A stretch of DNA of 64,000 bases from Mobula hypostoma. Its lineage: Eukaryota. This document shows positions 51,840-64,000 of the stretch, one piece after another; position 1 is the stretch's first letter, and each line of letters starts with the position of its first letter. Made by a program: the position numbers and the translations under genes. The notes below the pieces were generated by a model. The model searched no databases. It worked only from the letters and a program-made list of their open reading frames with translations, and was not told the origin of the DNA. Location: contig NC_086097.1 in NCBI RefSeq assembly GCF_963921235.1, positions 65,226,001 through 65,290,000 of the forward strand, given 5' to 3'.

Positions 51840-52165
51840 GTATCAAAGGAATGTTCACTGTTAGAGATGAAGTTTTTGAAATAAGACATTAAACTTCTGG
51901 CTCATCTGTGCTATTGGGAACATGCACTATGCTACTAAATGGAAAGCTGCTGTCAGTGCAGTTATCTTTGACGTCCTTGCCAATATTTACCTCCTATTTA
52001 ACACACTAAACCAGATTTTCAGATCATTGTGTTTGTGTAATCTATTCTTTGTGAATTTGCTGCTGTTGTTTCATTCAATATAATTACAACTATACTGCAT
52101 AAATTCTTGTGAAATACATTCAGATATCCCAAAGACCTTATTGAAATACAAGATTCAATTTCTTT
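51840..52165 (+). mobile_element. Ancient DeuSINE (SacSINE1/AmnSINE-like) relic
   Basis: Collinear with the Deu domain as I recall it: AGACATTAAAC...GTCCTTGCCAATATTTA...ACTAAACCAGATT...TCATT..GTTTGTG...GCTGC...ACTATACT. Ends AATACAAGATTC. Confidence 0.62.
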
Positions 52166-55100
52166 TAGAGACTCAAAATAGTTAATTTAACTGAATTGTA
52201 TATTGTGATTTACCTTTAACCCCATATAAGGCATTACCACATACTAAAAATTATCTATCAATTACACCAAAGTCTTCACAGAGTGCAATCTTGTCCATTC
52301 TCTTTCCAACATTCAATGTCATGCTCTCAGATAACGGTGATTCAAGTGATGCTGAATACACAAGAATGTGAAATATGCCAAAAGCAAATTACACATGCCA
52401 ATATTATATGAAGTGAAACATTCTTCAAAAATAAGGAAACCTAAGCATTGATATGGCGGCTAAAGCTAATGAAGATATTGCAATACAAGACAATTTTTTT
52501 ACACAACCATCTTTAAATTATGATCTTATCTGTGCTCACTAAGCTGCAATTAATTTGATCTTAAAAAATGCACAGTTCCAGTTTGGTAGCAGAATAATCC
52601 AATATCAATACCTGGTATATAACTCATTCCCTTATATAAAAATTATTTCATACAGGAAAATAAGAATTTGCTCTGATGGTGCAAATCAGCATTGTTCTTT
52701 CATTTACAAATGATTGAATATTTTTCCAATATCCTCACAAGTTCTTGGTTCCATTGTTTACCTTGAAAATACCCTTAAGTCAGTTTTTCCATTTGAATTC
52801 AAATACTTTTTATTCACAATTCCATCATAAGAAAGGCAATGATATTTCTTATAAAGAAATAAGTGGTTGAATCAGACTCAATAGAAATGTCCAACTATAC
52901 TATATGAGCATCAAAATGTGAACCATCACATTTGATTACTCACACACCAATTGGTCAATAATTATGAACCATCACTTATACCACTAGCATTGATAATTGC
53001 CAAGTAACAGCCTCCTAAAATTAAAATGTCTGTATTTCATTGAATAGAAAGCATAGTAGAACAATAAAACATACAAATCAGAATCATTTAGGGTTATTAC
53101 ATAACTCTGAAGATTAACATATTTAATTTGGTGCAAACAACTAAATAGTGAATGAATTCATTGTGACTTTTGACCTAACTTGACAATGTCTCCATTTCAT
53201 TCACTGACGTTATAAATGGGTTTATAACATAACGATCATAGTGAATTTGATTGAAATACTACAATCCTAAAAAAATATGCACCCCATGTAGGCTAGAAAA
53301 TTAAAAATGCTTTTGTATCAATTCTCCAACAACTCATATTCTATTTCAAATACAAGTTGAGGTACCAATAATCATATTACAGTATCATGCTACAGATCTT
53401 CCTGGTTGAACCAAGTATTTCAAAGACCTAAAATACAACATTGCCATAGCCAAATGACACATCCCTTCTATCAATGTGTACTGAAGAAGACATTTTCTAA
53501 AAGTAATTGAAGAAACTGCAAAGGTCAACATTAGGTTACATAGTATTAGTGCCATCACAGCTGTGGCCGATTCCATCCATATTGAACTAATCTTCTTGCA
53601 ATGAAAATGTGTAAGTAATATTTTTTCCTGCATACTTAAAAACAGCTTGATAAAATCCTTTCCATGAAAAAATGAACTCGTCATGTGTCCCTAAGCTGTT
53701 GTAATTCTTGTTGTTTGGTTGATCTGTGCATGTGGGTATCTTTCCTTCAGTAGACATGTTTAAGGTTCTCTAATGAATACAGCTAATGGCTTATGGCTGC
53801 TTCAATTGTCATCTCTTTTTCTTTCTGTCACTTGTTTGCCCTTAAGGGCCCTAATGTCTTTAAAATAGGCCTCCTGGCTGGTATTTAACTGCCTTGTCCA
53901 AAGGGGTCTGAAGGGTACAATAGATCAAAGGTGTGCTGGCGACATAAAAAAACAGCTGTCATTCATTTACCTTTAATTAAGTACATCTGACCATAGAGGT
54001 TCTAGGACGGCTTTGTCGCCTTTTATCCATGTAATATTGCACACTTATCTTGAAATACAAATATACTTAAGCAAATTTAGTATCATGATTATTTTTTAAA
54101 TATTATGAACCATGTTGGGAATATAACTTGTTAAATAGTGGCAGATCCACTGTATATAGTAAAAATGCACACTTTTCCACCTGGAACTAATGACCATGTT
54201 AAATTGTTGATGTGACAAGCCATTAACTAAAATCACAACCGCTTGTCTTATTATGAATGAGATACCCAAGTTCACTAACAATATTCAGTAAATTTCCAAG
54301 TGACGTTCTTGCCACAAAGATTTTAATTAGTACAAGTTTTCTATAATGATTAATAGGTAATACAACATTTCCTTGTACCAAATGTTACATCTGTAATTTT
54401 GTCCCATTTTATGCCTTCCAGTTAAGAACATATTTTCAGTGTGATCCATCAGAAAGAAGAAAATAAATCAGCTTGCACCCATTCCTACACACAATTGTGC
54501 AATTGCATTCTGAAATGAAAGGCAACATTTCCTTGAGATAAAGTTGAATGAGCTGAGCATGTTCATTTTAGAGACAATTTGGAAGAAAATTAGATTGTTA
54601 GCAAGCCAAGACTGAATACATTGCTCATCTAAAAGAATGGTGTTTTATTGGATCAACAGCCTTGTCAAAGTCTGTAAAAAGGAAGTAGTTATTGAAATGA
54701 TAAGATGCTTAGAACTTAAAGCTCCCAGTTATAAGGAATAAAGTATAGAACATAATAATTGAATAAGTCTTACTAGATCTGGTTGAATTGAGATCAGCTT
54801 GTATCATGCCACGATTTCCAAACTGAGCACTTACTCCTAATTAATATATCAATGTTCAGATAAACAAGAAAGACAAAATTGTGAATGCTAGCTTATTTAC
54901 TACTTCTAAGTCTTTGATTGACAGATCTTTGGTACCAAGTGTTGAAAAGGATACAGAGCTAACACGGGTGGATGGAGATAAGGTTATCCCTCTAGACTGT
55001 AGAGCAACCATGAGGTCTCAATTGCTCATTCTTTTTCCCTATTTTGAGCATATCCAATACATTTCAGTGTTATGGAAGTAACATGATTGGTTACTGGATT

Positions 55101-55526
55101 TGTATCGTATCTCTAATTCATTTAGTAAAATGTGATTGAAAGCAATATTCTCAATTAAACTAAACTCTAGCAAACTGGCTTTTCTTATATTCATCATAGG
55201 TTCTGCATTTTCATTCACTTCCAGTGAAATCAAAATCAGTAAATTTCCTTTCAGTAGCAGTTGATGTACAAACTATTTTGCACCTGTAGAACAAGTGGGA
55301 AAATCTATTCTGATGAGCTGATTATTACAGTTTGGGACAGAAATACTGAAAGAGAGTGAATCATTTAATCAATGACCATTTCATAGATTCACTGGAGGTT
55401 GTAAAATATCAACATCATAAATGATTGCAGTATCTTAATAAAAAAGAATGCAATATAAGATCATGGACAAATTTGGAAGTTTTCAAGGATTTGCTTGAAA
55501 ACAAAGATCAAAATGTCTGAGCATGG

Positions 55527-55741
55527 TAAGGCACTTAACCACACAGTACTCTGCGATGACACTGGTGCCAAGTTGTATCGGCCCTTACCCTTCCCTTGGA
55601 CAACATCGATGGCGTGGAGAAGGGAGAATTGCAGCATGGGCAACTGCTGGTCTTCCATACAACCTTGCCCAGGCCTGCGCCCCAGAGAGTGAAGACTTTC
55701 CAGGCACAGATCCATGGTCTCGCGAGACTAACGGATGCCTT
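55527..55741 (+). mobile_element. 5'-truncated copy of SINE family A
   Basis: Closely matches 40521-40730 (AAGGCACTTAACCACAC...CCCTTCCCTTGGACAACATCG...CCATGGTCTC...GACTAACGGATGCCT). Confidence 0.88.
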
Positions 55742-58329
55742 AAAAAAGACAATGTAATGTTAAATTGGTTAAATCATAATGATTTGAATTTTTAAACTGG
55801 GTTCCAATAGGTGTCATAAAATCTTGTTCACAAACTAAGATAGGGCCATTTTAGAATATGTTTTCAAAATCAAACTCAGCATCATTCTTCATTTCAGTGT
55901 TCAATTCCAGGAATAGGTCAGGAAACCAACATGGTGCTGCAACACAAAGTACTTTCATCTCTGTGATTAAATTTTAATCCACAAAAATGTAATGGAATGA
56001 AACTATTCACATTTTACTGGCTCTAGATGAACAATTTAGCAGTAAAAACTACAATAGGAATGAATCCTTTGGATCTTTTTCAATTGAGCTTAAGTTACAA
56101 TACTGAAACAACTCGGACAGTTTTGCATTTTTGTGCATACTTAAGAGTGCTTGATGTTGACAAAAGGGATCTTTTTTTAAAATCATGCTTCTGGCAATTT
56201 AGCTTCACTTATCAAAGCATACAATATATTCAGAAGCTGGCTTCATTGGTCCAGATCTTGCTGGCTGATGCTAATGATTCTGTTCAGGCAATTTTTAGTT
56301 CAAATAGCATCATGTCCAGAACTGAGGCATAAGCACTATCAAATGCTTCCTTACTGATATATTCAAAATACCATATCTAAGATAACATTCCCCCAAGTAA
56401 AGCCTTGCTAAAATATCCTTACTAAATGTCTGAGAACACCTCACAGATCATGTGCCAAGTTGGAGTTGACGCAACTTTTGAGATCCTATTCATTTCAATA
56501 AGGATGGGAGAGTCTTGGATTTGGAGCCAAAGGGGAAACTAAATTACATTTTTGTTATTTTTGTTTAATCATTTTAATCATTTATAGATTTTTTTGCTAT
56601 TTTTTAGTTTTTTCCCAAAGAACTTTTAATATTATTTCCATTCTTTAACTTTTAAAACATTTCTGAAAGTCACATAAAATGTTTTATAAAATTACTCAGA
56701 AATATTCACAATTTTGGGAGCAGAGCTTTGCCAGTTGTCAATGCTTTTACAGTGCCCACTTGCTACATAGGTGCCCTTGCCTTGCAACCACACAAATCAG
56801 ACCACTGGAATCCAGGATGCTTTAAGGTCAGCTAAAAATGCCCTCTATCTTTAGACTATGCTACAGCCAAGGATGACCATGGGTGCCAATTCCAGTCCGA
56901 TAGATCTACAAGTTCTCAATCAATGCAGTTGCAGAGCAAAATTCCCTAAAACTGCTTAGAGGATGGCAATACCTTAAATCAAACAAATCCTTAATGCATG
57001 CATTTTTACAGAGAAGGATGTTTCCACTACAAAAGCAAGGCTCGTCTTTTCTGGCTCTGTCATTTACACACACAATGAACTTTGAAGTATAATCATTCCC
57101 ATGTCCGCCAATATAAGTATTGGCTACTTTATGGAGAAAGGTAAGCCCAGCTGTGCTCAAGGCATTCTTATCTTTAAAATCATTTCCAAAACCAAATAAA
57201 AAAAATATTGTCAAAGGCAAGGAAACAAACAGACAAACAAAATAACTGAAGATTGCTCTGACAAAAAGTATATTTTAAAAAGGCGTGTGGTTTAAGATAA
57301 GAAAATCTGCAGAATTGTTTTATTGTATCAGAAATGAAAAGGTTTTAAATAAACTAAAATTACAATCTGATATATATGAAAGGATCACTTCATCTTAAGA
57401 GTGATGCATTAATGTCATGGATAGTCTATAATATTTATAGGAAACATTATTCATCAAAAGAAAGGTCAACATATGTGGTATGGATCTAGAATATAAATAG
57501 CATAGAATTGTATTCAGGCCATATTTCAAATGGGCAACTTGCAAAGAATGAATCTTAGTTCACCCTTTCATTTACTGATGAGATGATATGACGTACATAG
57601 AGTACATCAGCTATAAGAAGTAAGAAGTGAGAATTTTAACACAAGGTTACACACAACGTAAAAATAATTTTGTGACTGCACAGGCTTCAGATTCTACAAG
57701 ATTAAGTGCTAATTTAATCTTTTTTTTCTTTTATAGTGGACCACAGCACACAGCAGGTTAATTGGCCACTATATCATTTCAGATCATCTTAATTGACTGT
57801 TCTGTAACCCGAGGAGCAAATAGTTTTTGAGCTGTGTTATATGAGCTTATAAACATGCAGTATCCATTTGAAAGGAATATCTACATGCTCCAAATTTTTC
57901 AACTTCTCGTAGAGAAGTTTATTTCTTTTAAGAGCATTATTGCAGGCAACCAACCATACAAAATGCCTTGTGAATTTAGCACTCTTGTGTACAAGTGAAG
58001 AGAATAAGTAGAAAACGCTATTTAATCATAGACTACAGATGGCATTAGAACTCATATTAATTGCAGTTGCACGTGTACTTTCTAGCAGGAGTCACTTATT
58101 CCTTTCCTTAATTGAAGACATTTAAACCAACTTCAGTGCCTCAGATGTGATTAGCTACCACAATACTGACAAAAAGGCCTGACCTAGTCAGTGCCTAATG
58201 CTCAATTGAAAGACAGCTTTAATCCCACTGTTATCAGACTCTTGTAGGATAAAATGGACTCTCAATCTATCTCAGTATAACCTTGCACTTCAACATTTAC
58301 CTGCGCTACACTTTTTCAGATTCACCCTG

Positions 58330-58460
58330 AGTCCTAATGAAGGGTCTCGGGCTGAAACATTGACTGTTCATTCCTCTCCATAGATGCTGCATGACCTGCT
58401 GAGTTTCTCCAGCATTTTGTGTGAGTTACTCAAGATTTCCAGCATCTGTCAAATCTTGTG
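58330..58460 (+). mobile_element. Solo PLE terminal repeat with a decayed hammerhead
   Basis: AGTCCTAATGAAGGGTCTCGGGCTGAAACATTGACT...GATGCTGC...CCAGCATTTTGTGTG. Confidence 0.82.
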
Positions 58461-58479
58461 TTCACATTTTTCCATATTA

Positions 58480-58880
58480 TATTCCAGCTACTATCACAAT
58501 GTCCATTCACATAGACAATCTATGTACTTTTAAAATGTTTCCGCATCCTCCTCACAGCTCCCCAGCCTAGCATCATCAACAATGTTGAATATTACACAAG
58601 ATTCCTTCACTGATATAGATTCTGAATAGCTGGAGCCCCAACATTCAACATTGTGGCACCCCATTACTTACACCTTCAAACTCAAACATGACCTATTTAT
58701 TTCTTTTTTCTACGTTTTGTCCATTGAACAATTCACAAAGCATGTCAGTACACCACCTCTTACACCATTTGATTTAATTTGATTTGACGATATTTTCTAT
58801 TACATCTTATCAAAAGCTCTCTGAATGTCCAAATACTCCACATGAACATGTTGCCCTTATCCACTGTACTAGCTAATCGC
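58480..58880 (-). mobile_element. Ancient CR1 RT fragment
   Basis: TGAATAGCTGGAGCCCCAACA...TTGTGGCACCCCA and TCTGAATGTCCAAATAC parallel 35780-36000. Confidence 0.6.
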
Positions 58881-60802
58881 AACTCCAGCAACTCAGGTGC
58901 AATCCTCACCTCTGGTAATCTCTGTGAGGAGATTCCATGTTCCACCTGTGACTGCTTCTTGAGGCAAGTTGGTCGGTCCTCAGTGTGGGAGGGTGGCAGA
59001 ACTGATGGGAATATGAGAAGAGTCTAAATTGAAATACTCTATGAGCTTGCATGGACTTAACAAGCTGAACGGCCTTCTACAGAGTCATAAGGAAATATAA
59101 GAAAATATATAGCATCTCATATCATGAACTCTGACAGATATGAAAAGAAGTGCAACTGGCAGGATTTGTCTATTGTAACATTTTCAGTCTTGTTTAACTG
59201 AAAAATTTAAGTTTTTCTTCATTCACAAAGCATTTAGATTTCAATTCTCCTGAACTATGTGGTTTAAAGACACAATAATCAAATTACATTCATTGTCCTC
59301 TCTGACGTATTAGTTTCCTGTAACCTTAAATAAAACTTCACACTTGTGCCTAGAACGCTTTGCCTATGAAGGCCAGGTCTTAGTTTCCGAATCTCAAATC
59401 ATTCCAATCTGCTGTTGCTAACCTTGGCCACATCTAAGTTTGTTTCTCAAAGCTGCATCAGGGAGGTTAGCCAAACACCTTACTTAAAAAGAAAAGACTT
59501 TGACAGGGTTCCTTCTGCCAGCAGGTGCTGGCACAGGCACCTTCGTGCCGGTTTCTTCAAAGAGTGGGAATTCAAGAACTGCACTCTTGCCTTTACAGAA
59601 ATGTCCCTGACATCCTTTTGCTTCAACCTTGGCCCATATGTGCATAAGCTCCCATATGAGCCCTCTGACAAGCTGGGAGCGCTTCCCCATCACTGAAGCT
59701 TTCATTCATTTTGTGGCAACACATCTTGCACCTGGAAGAACATTACTGAATCATTCTGTTTACTTAAGAAATCACAGTAAATGCTGCAGTCGCAGAAACT
59801 TGCAATACATTATAAGAGAGTGCCATGCCAAAGCAAAAAACAAAATGCTAGTTACAGTGCAAGATCACACAGGGAAATTTGACAATGTCATAGTGAACAT
59901 GCCTGTGTTTATCAGTCTTTATATGGCTCCTCCAAACACCATTAGGGTGACCCAAAATGCAGTTTCAGGGCCACTGAAAAGTAAAGCAATTTCTCTCAAC
60001 TGGTTGTCTTCGAGTTTCAAGCGTACATAGCATTGGGACCTACCCCCGGTGATTTATTGAGGCACAGAGAGGTGGGTGAGCTAGGAGTGGAACTGGCTCA
60101 CCAGCCTGGCTAACTCCATTCACATTATTCAGTTCTGCTGCAAAACAGTACTGAAAATCCATAGATTTCAAGAAACTTGCTAAATAGTATTCAAATTGAA
60201 CAATTACCAATGACTTTATGTACATGTAAAACTACTCATTATAAGACCTTGGATGTAATTAGCCAACATAGTATATTCCTATGCCTTAAAATCTCTTTAT
60301 ATTTGAAAAATGATGTCTGATCCACTTATTCGACATTATATATCGAAAAGAGGAGGTGAACATTCTTGCCTAAAGACAGTTAAAAGCAGTTGGAAGGATC
60401 TGAAGGGGTCTTGGATACCCACCACACATTTCCCTTCATATGCAAAGGGACAGGATGGATGAACAAGGAGGGAACTTTATCTTGACTTGGATGGGGGAAA
60501 GGTATACCACCTGGAGATCAGGGCCTGTGCTGTATAGTGAGCTGTGAATGGAGATATGTTTGTGATTAAAGGGAAGGAATGAAGAATTGGCAGGCAGATT
60601 ATATGATGGTCAGCAAATTTCAAGTTTGTTAGTGGGGGGAGGGGAAGAGAAGGGTGATGTTGTAGTCTGTAAGTAAGTGAAAAAGAAAGGGACTGAGTTG
60701 AAAGCAAGGTGCTGAGAACAAGTGATGGGCATCTCTCAGAACAAGGTGGCCTAATTTTCAAAGCAGATGGAGAATATTGTCATCCTGTGTGTGACTGATG
60801 TA

Positions 60803-61892
60803 GAAAAACCTTGGTTCAATAGCATGGTGAGGACCTTGCTAAGAACACGGGATGCTGCTTTTAAATCTGGGGATCTACAGGCCTATGGGCAGGCAAGAAG
60901 AGCCCTGAAAAGCGGCATCAGAGAGGCCAAGCGCAGATATAAACAGCGTATGGAGGAGCACTTTACCAATAACAACTCCGGATGTATGTGGCAGGGGATA
61001 AAGACTCTTACTGGCTACAAGGTCAGCTATACAGTCACAAACTCCTCAGATAGGACACTGCCAGACACTCTGAACCAGTTCTTTTCTCACTTTGACAGTC
61101 AGAATGGAGAAGTTGGCATCCAGACAGCACTAACAGAGAAGGATGACCCTATACAATTACACCAACGCCAGGTCAGATCCGCCCTGTGTGGAGTCAATGC
61201 GAGGAAAGCAGCTAGCCCAGATGGAGTCACCGGGAGGATTCTTAAGGACTGCGCAGATCAACTAGCGGGAGTATTTACTACCATCTTCAACCTCTCGCTA
61301 CTCCAGTCTGTAGTCCCCACCTGCCTTAAGTCAGCCACAATAATACCCATACCAAAGAAAAGTACAGTGAACTGCCTTAATGACTATCGCCCAGTTGCTC
61401 TAACTCCTATCATCATGAAATGTTTTGAGAGACTCATACTGTCTTATATTAAGTCTGTCATACCTGCTGACCTTGATAAATACCAGTTTGCGTATCGTGC
61501 GAACAGATCGACAGAGGATGCAGTCATCACAGCTCTCCACCCAGCCCTTACAAACCTGGATCAGGATAACACCTATGTAAGGAGCATTAAGGACGAAAAC
61601 AAAGAGACTCTTTAACAGCTTCTACTCACAAGCAGTGAAATGTATAACACCCCCTTCCCTTCTCCTGCCCCCCTCCTAAAACGGCGGCAGCTAAATGCAT
61701 CACACTTCCAAGAATGGCAGGTGTGCAATAGTCCTATCCCCCCAATCCATATATTATTAATTTTGGACTGCACTCCTGAGGTTTTAGAGTTTATTTTATG
61801 TATATATTCTTTGTCATGCTGAAAAACGTTGAGCTGCTAAACTGTGTTTCATTGCTCCACAACAATGACAATAAAGATATTCTTCTTCTTCT
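60803..61892 (+). mobile_element. Rex1/Babar LINE with a large internal deletion of the RT core
   Basis: KPWFN...[12 protein letters not shown]...QFAYRANRSTEDA...NTYVR jumps to the C-terminal RSI../KRLFNSFYSQAV. Tail GACAATAAAGATA(TTC)n. Confidence 0.9.
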
Positions 61893-64000
61893 TAATTCTT
61901 AAATTACATTACATTTCCAAATCTGTTCAGTATCAAGTGAAAAATCATACTAAATATTAACAAGAATTTCACAGAATATTAATTTAAATAGTTTTCTGCA
62001 TGTTTATTTGCTGCCACATAAAAGCTCAGCATGAGGACTCAGGCTAACACTCCCCCACTGTTACTTAGGGAATCTTATCCATTGGAGGAGGGGGTAGCCT
62101 ACACCACTCACAACCATGAATCGAATTGAGCTTCCTCTGTGAAAAGGTCAGAGAGGGCCAAATTTCAAAGGATGAATGGGTGACAAGGTCTGGCTTTCTG
62201 ATGCTGACATGTAGCATCTTTGCTGAGTTGTCACATATAATCTGTTGTTCAAAGAATGGAAGCAGTTCCCATGTCAGAAGAGAATTTTCAGTAGCAGTCC
62301 AGCATAGGGTGCCATCAATTATATGCTGGAGTCCACAAAGCACATGACCTTGTAAAATGGTTGGGTTGTTGCCTTGATGCCGTTAACAATGTATTTCCCA
62401 GGTCTCCTGTAAAATGCATCTGGCATCAGGCTAAGTACAGCACACTGGCAGACACAGGTTGAATCTGCCTAAAATTAACCAGCTCCAAGAAAGTTAATTG
62501 ATACTTTATCTTTGTTAATACATGGTCTGCTACGTAGCAGGTGATGATGATGATCATGATGGTGGTGGTGATAGCGGAGCAACTTTAGGTTGTCCTTGAA
62601 GCAGTGGCAGAGTTTCCTAATTTTCTCTAAGGGGCAGCATTCTTCTAATAAGTATCTTCACAGCTCTTTTAATTTCTAAAATGGGGAATACTTCCATTCT
62701 TTTAACAGATTATCTCCATAAATCTCAAAGTTACTTGCATTATTATGCGGGAGAAAAGGAGAAATAATCATTGGGATCAGCTCTGGTTAAATGCTGATGT
62801 CCCTCCTTTTCTCTGAATGGTGCACTCTGATAATGTTTTCTCTGATAATTGGGCGTTAATTTGGAATATCAAGTCTGCTTTTCAGAAGTCAGCACTATTG
62901 TCTTTATTGGATTGTGGGGTGGGTTGAGTTTGGAATGGAAGTACTTGTGGGGGAACAGAAATGGTGGTAAGCAAATATCCAAAATTCCTGCCTGCTAACC
63001 CTCTAGATTACATGCCAAAAAGTCATTGCCAGTTGCAGAAATCATTCTCCTTGTGCAGATCATTTGTGTTTCACCTACTTCATCAAATTGACTGTATCTT
63101 ATAATATTCATTTTAACTTACTCCAAGTGCTGTGTAAGCATAAAGTATTAACAGCTACAACTCAACTGGAACTCTTTACAATACACATAAATGAGCTAAT
63201 TTGGGACCAGTGGTTGCAGTGGCCAAAATATGTGAGTACATTTCGTTTAGGATAGAAACCGGTGCCACTAATATGAAGCTTTACATGAAAGTTATGTTGA
63301 TAACAATGTTGAATTTCTGTATCTATAGGTCAGGTGGTGCCAGTAAACTTAGAACAACAGAGATAAGGGTGCACTAAATATCCCAATAATTGGTTATCTA
63401 AGGAGTGTGGCAAAATTGTTACAGGCAACCACAATTTTAATTCTGAACAGGATTTCTAATTTTTGAAAATAAATCTACAAAGATTGCTCATTGAATCCAA
63501 GATAAGATGGCGTGCAAAAGGCAAATGTTCTATTCGCAGTTAATTTTCATGATTAAGTTTGAATCTTAAAAAGGAATATGCTCAGTGGCATTGACAGTGA
63601 CAACCCCCATAACCCACTTAGCTCCGCATTTACTGTACTGTAAAGGAAACTTCGTAAACTGGTGACAATCTCAGTATGTTCACGCTCCAGGCACAATAAA
63701 GAAACACTGGAGTCTCTGTATTTTAAACAGGAAAAAGCAATCCAGAACTTTAAGACGAAGTGTACTTCTTTTGGTCAAAGTTTTTCCATAGATATGCCTC
63801 ATTCTCAAGCGTATGTTGAAATTACTCAAACCTTACTTCAGAAATGCTGCTGGCTATCTGAAATTCCTTGCCAATATATAAACAGGAATTGTGTGGGATT
63901 GAACATTAATGATTTTTGAAACAAAGGAATAACTATACTAAATAAGAATTATAAGATTTAATGTGATTAATATTTCAATATATGGGATCAGATATTTAAT

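Noticed and set aside
60370..60765. Purine-rich stretch, possibly a very old minus-strand PLE
   Set aside because: Too degenerate to support a call without alignment.
62475..62658. Minus-strand His-rich frame (RYHHHHHDHHHHL)
   Set aside because: It arises from a (GAT)n(GGT)n microsatellite. There is no ATG, no convincing donor site and no recognisable protein.
1..64000. CRISPR arrays, operons or prokaryotic defence/retron systems suggested by the many RT and nuclease ORFs
   Set aside because: There are no regularly spaced repeats. All RT, GIY-YIG, APE and RLE motifs belong to decayed eukaryotic retroelements.

Overview
This is eukaryotic, transposon-rich non-coding DNA (intronic or intergenic); I could not identify a host protein-coding exon. 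The repeat set (HE1/V-type SINE, DeuSINE relic, CR1 and Rex1/Babar LINEs, many Penelope-like elements) points to a cartilaginous fish, probably a ray or skate; this is inference. Almost every long ORF in the track is a decayed retroelement. The elements are Penelope-like elements (PLE: RT plus GIY-YIG, with a minimal hammerhead ribozyme in the terminal repeat), Rex1/Babar LINEs, CR1 LINEs with an SGNH-esterase ORF1, an RTE relic, a HERO-like LINE with a restriction-like endonuclease, a Gypsy LTR element, tRNA-derived SINEs and hAT-type non-autonomous DNA transposons. Many are nested inside each other. The most unusual structures are fold-back PLE termini joined at or near the hammerhead motif. 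The one at 5840-6187 has captured an inverted copy of its own host flank next to a perfect 16-bp host palindrome. Two SINE families share one tRNA/CORE-like head but carry different tails. Repeat-poor stretches (about 21.9-26 kb and 47.8-60.3 kb) hold several motif-dense blocks that look like enhancers. I did not find a clearly new multi-gene system. Family names come from motif recognition, not database searches, and element boundaries are approximate unless a junction is quoted.
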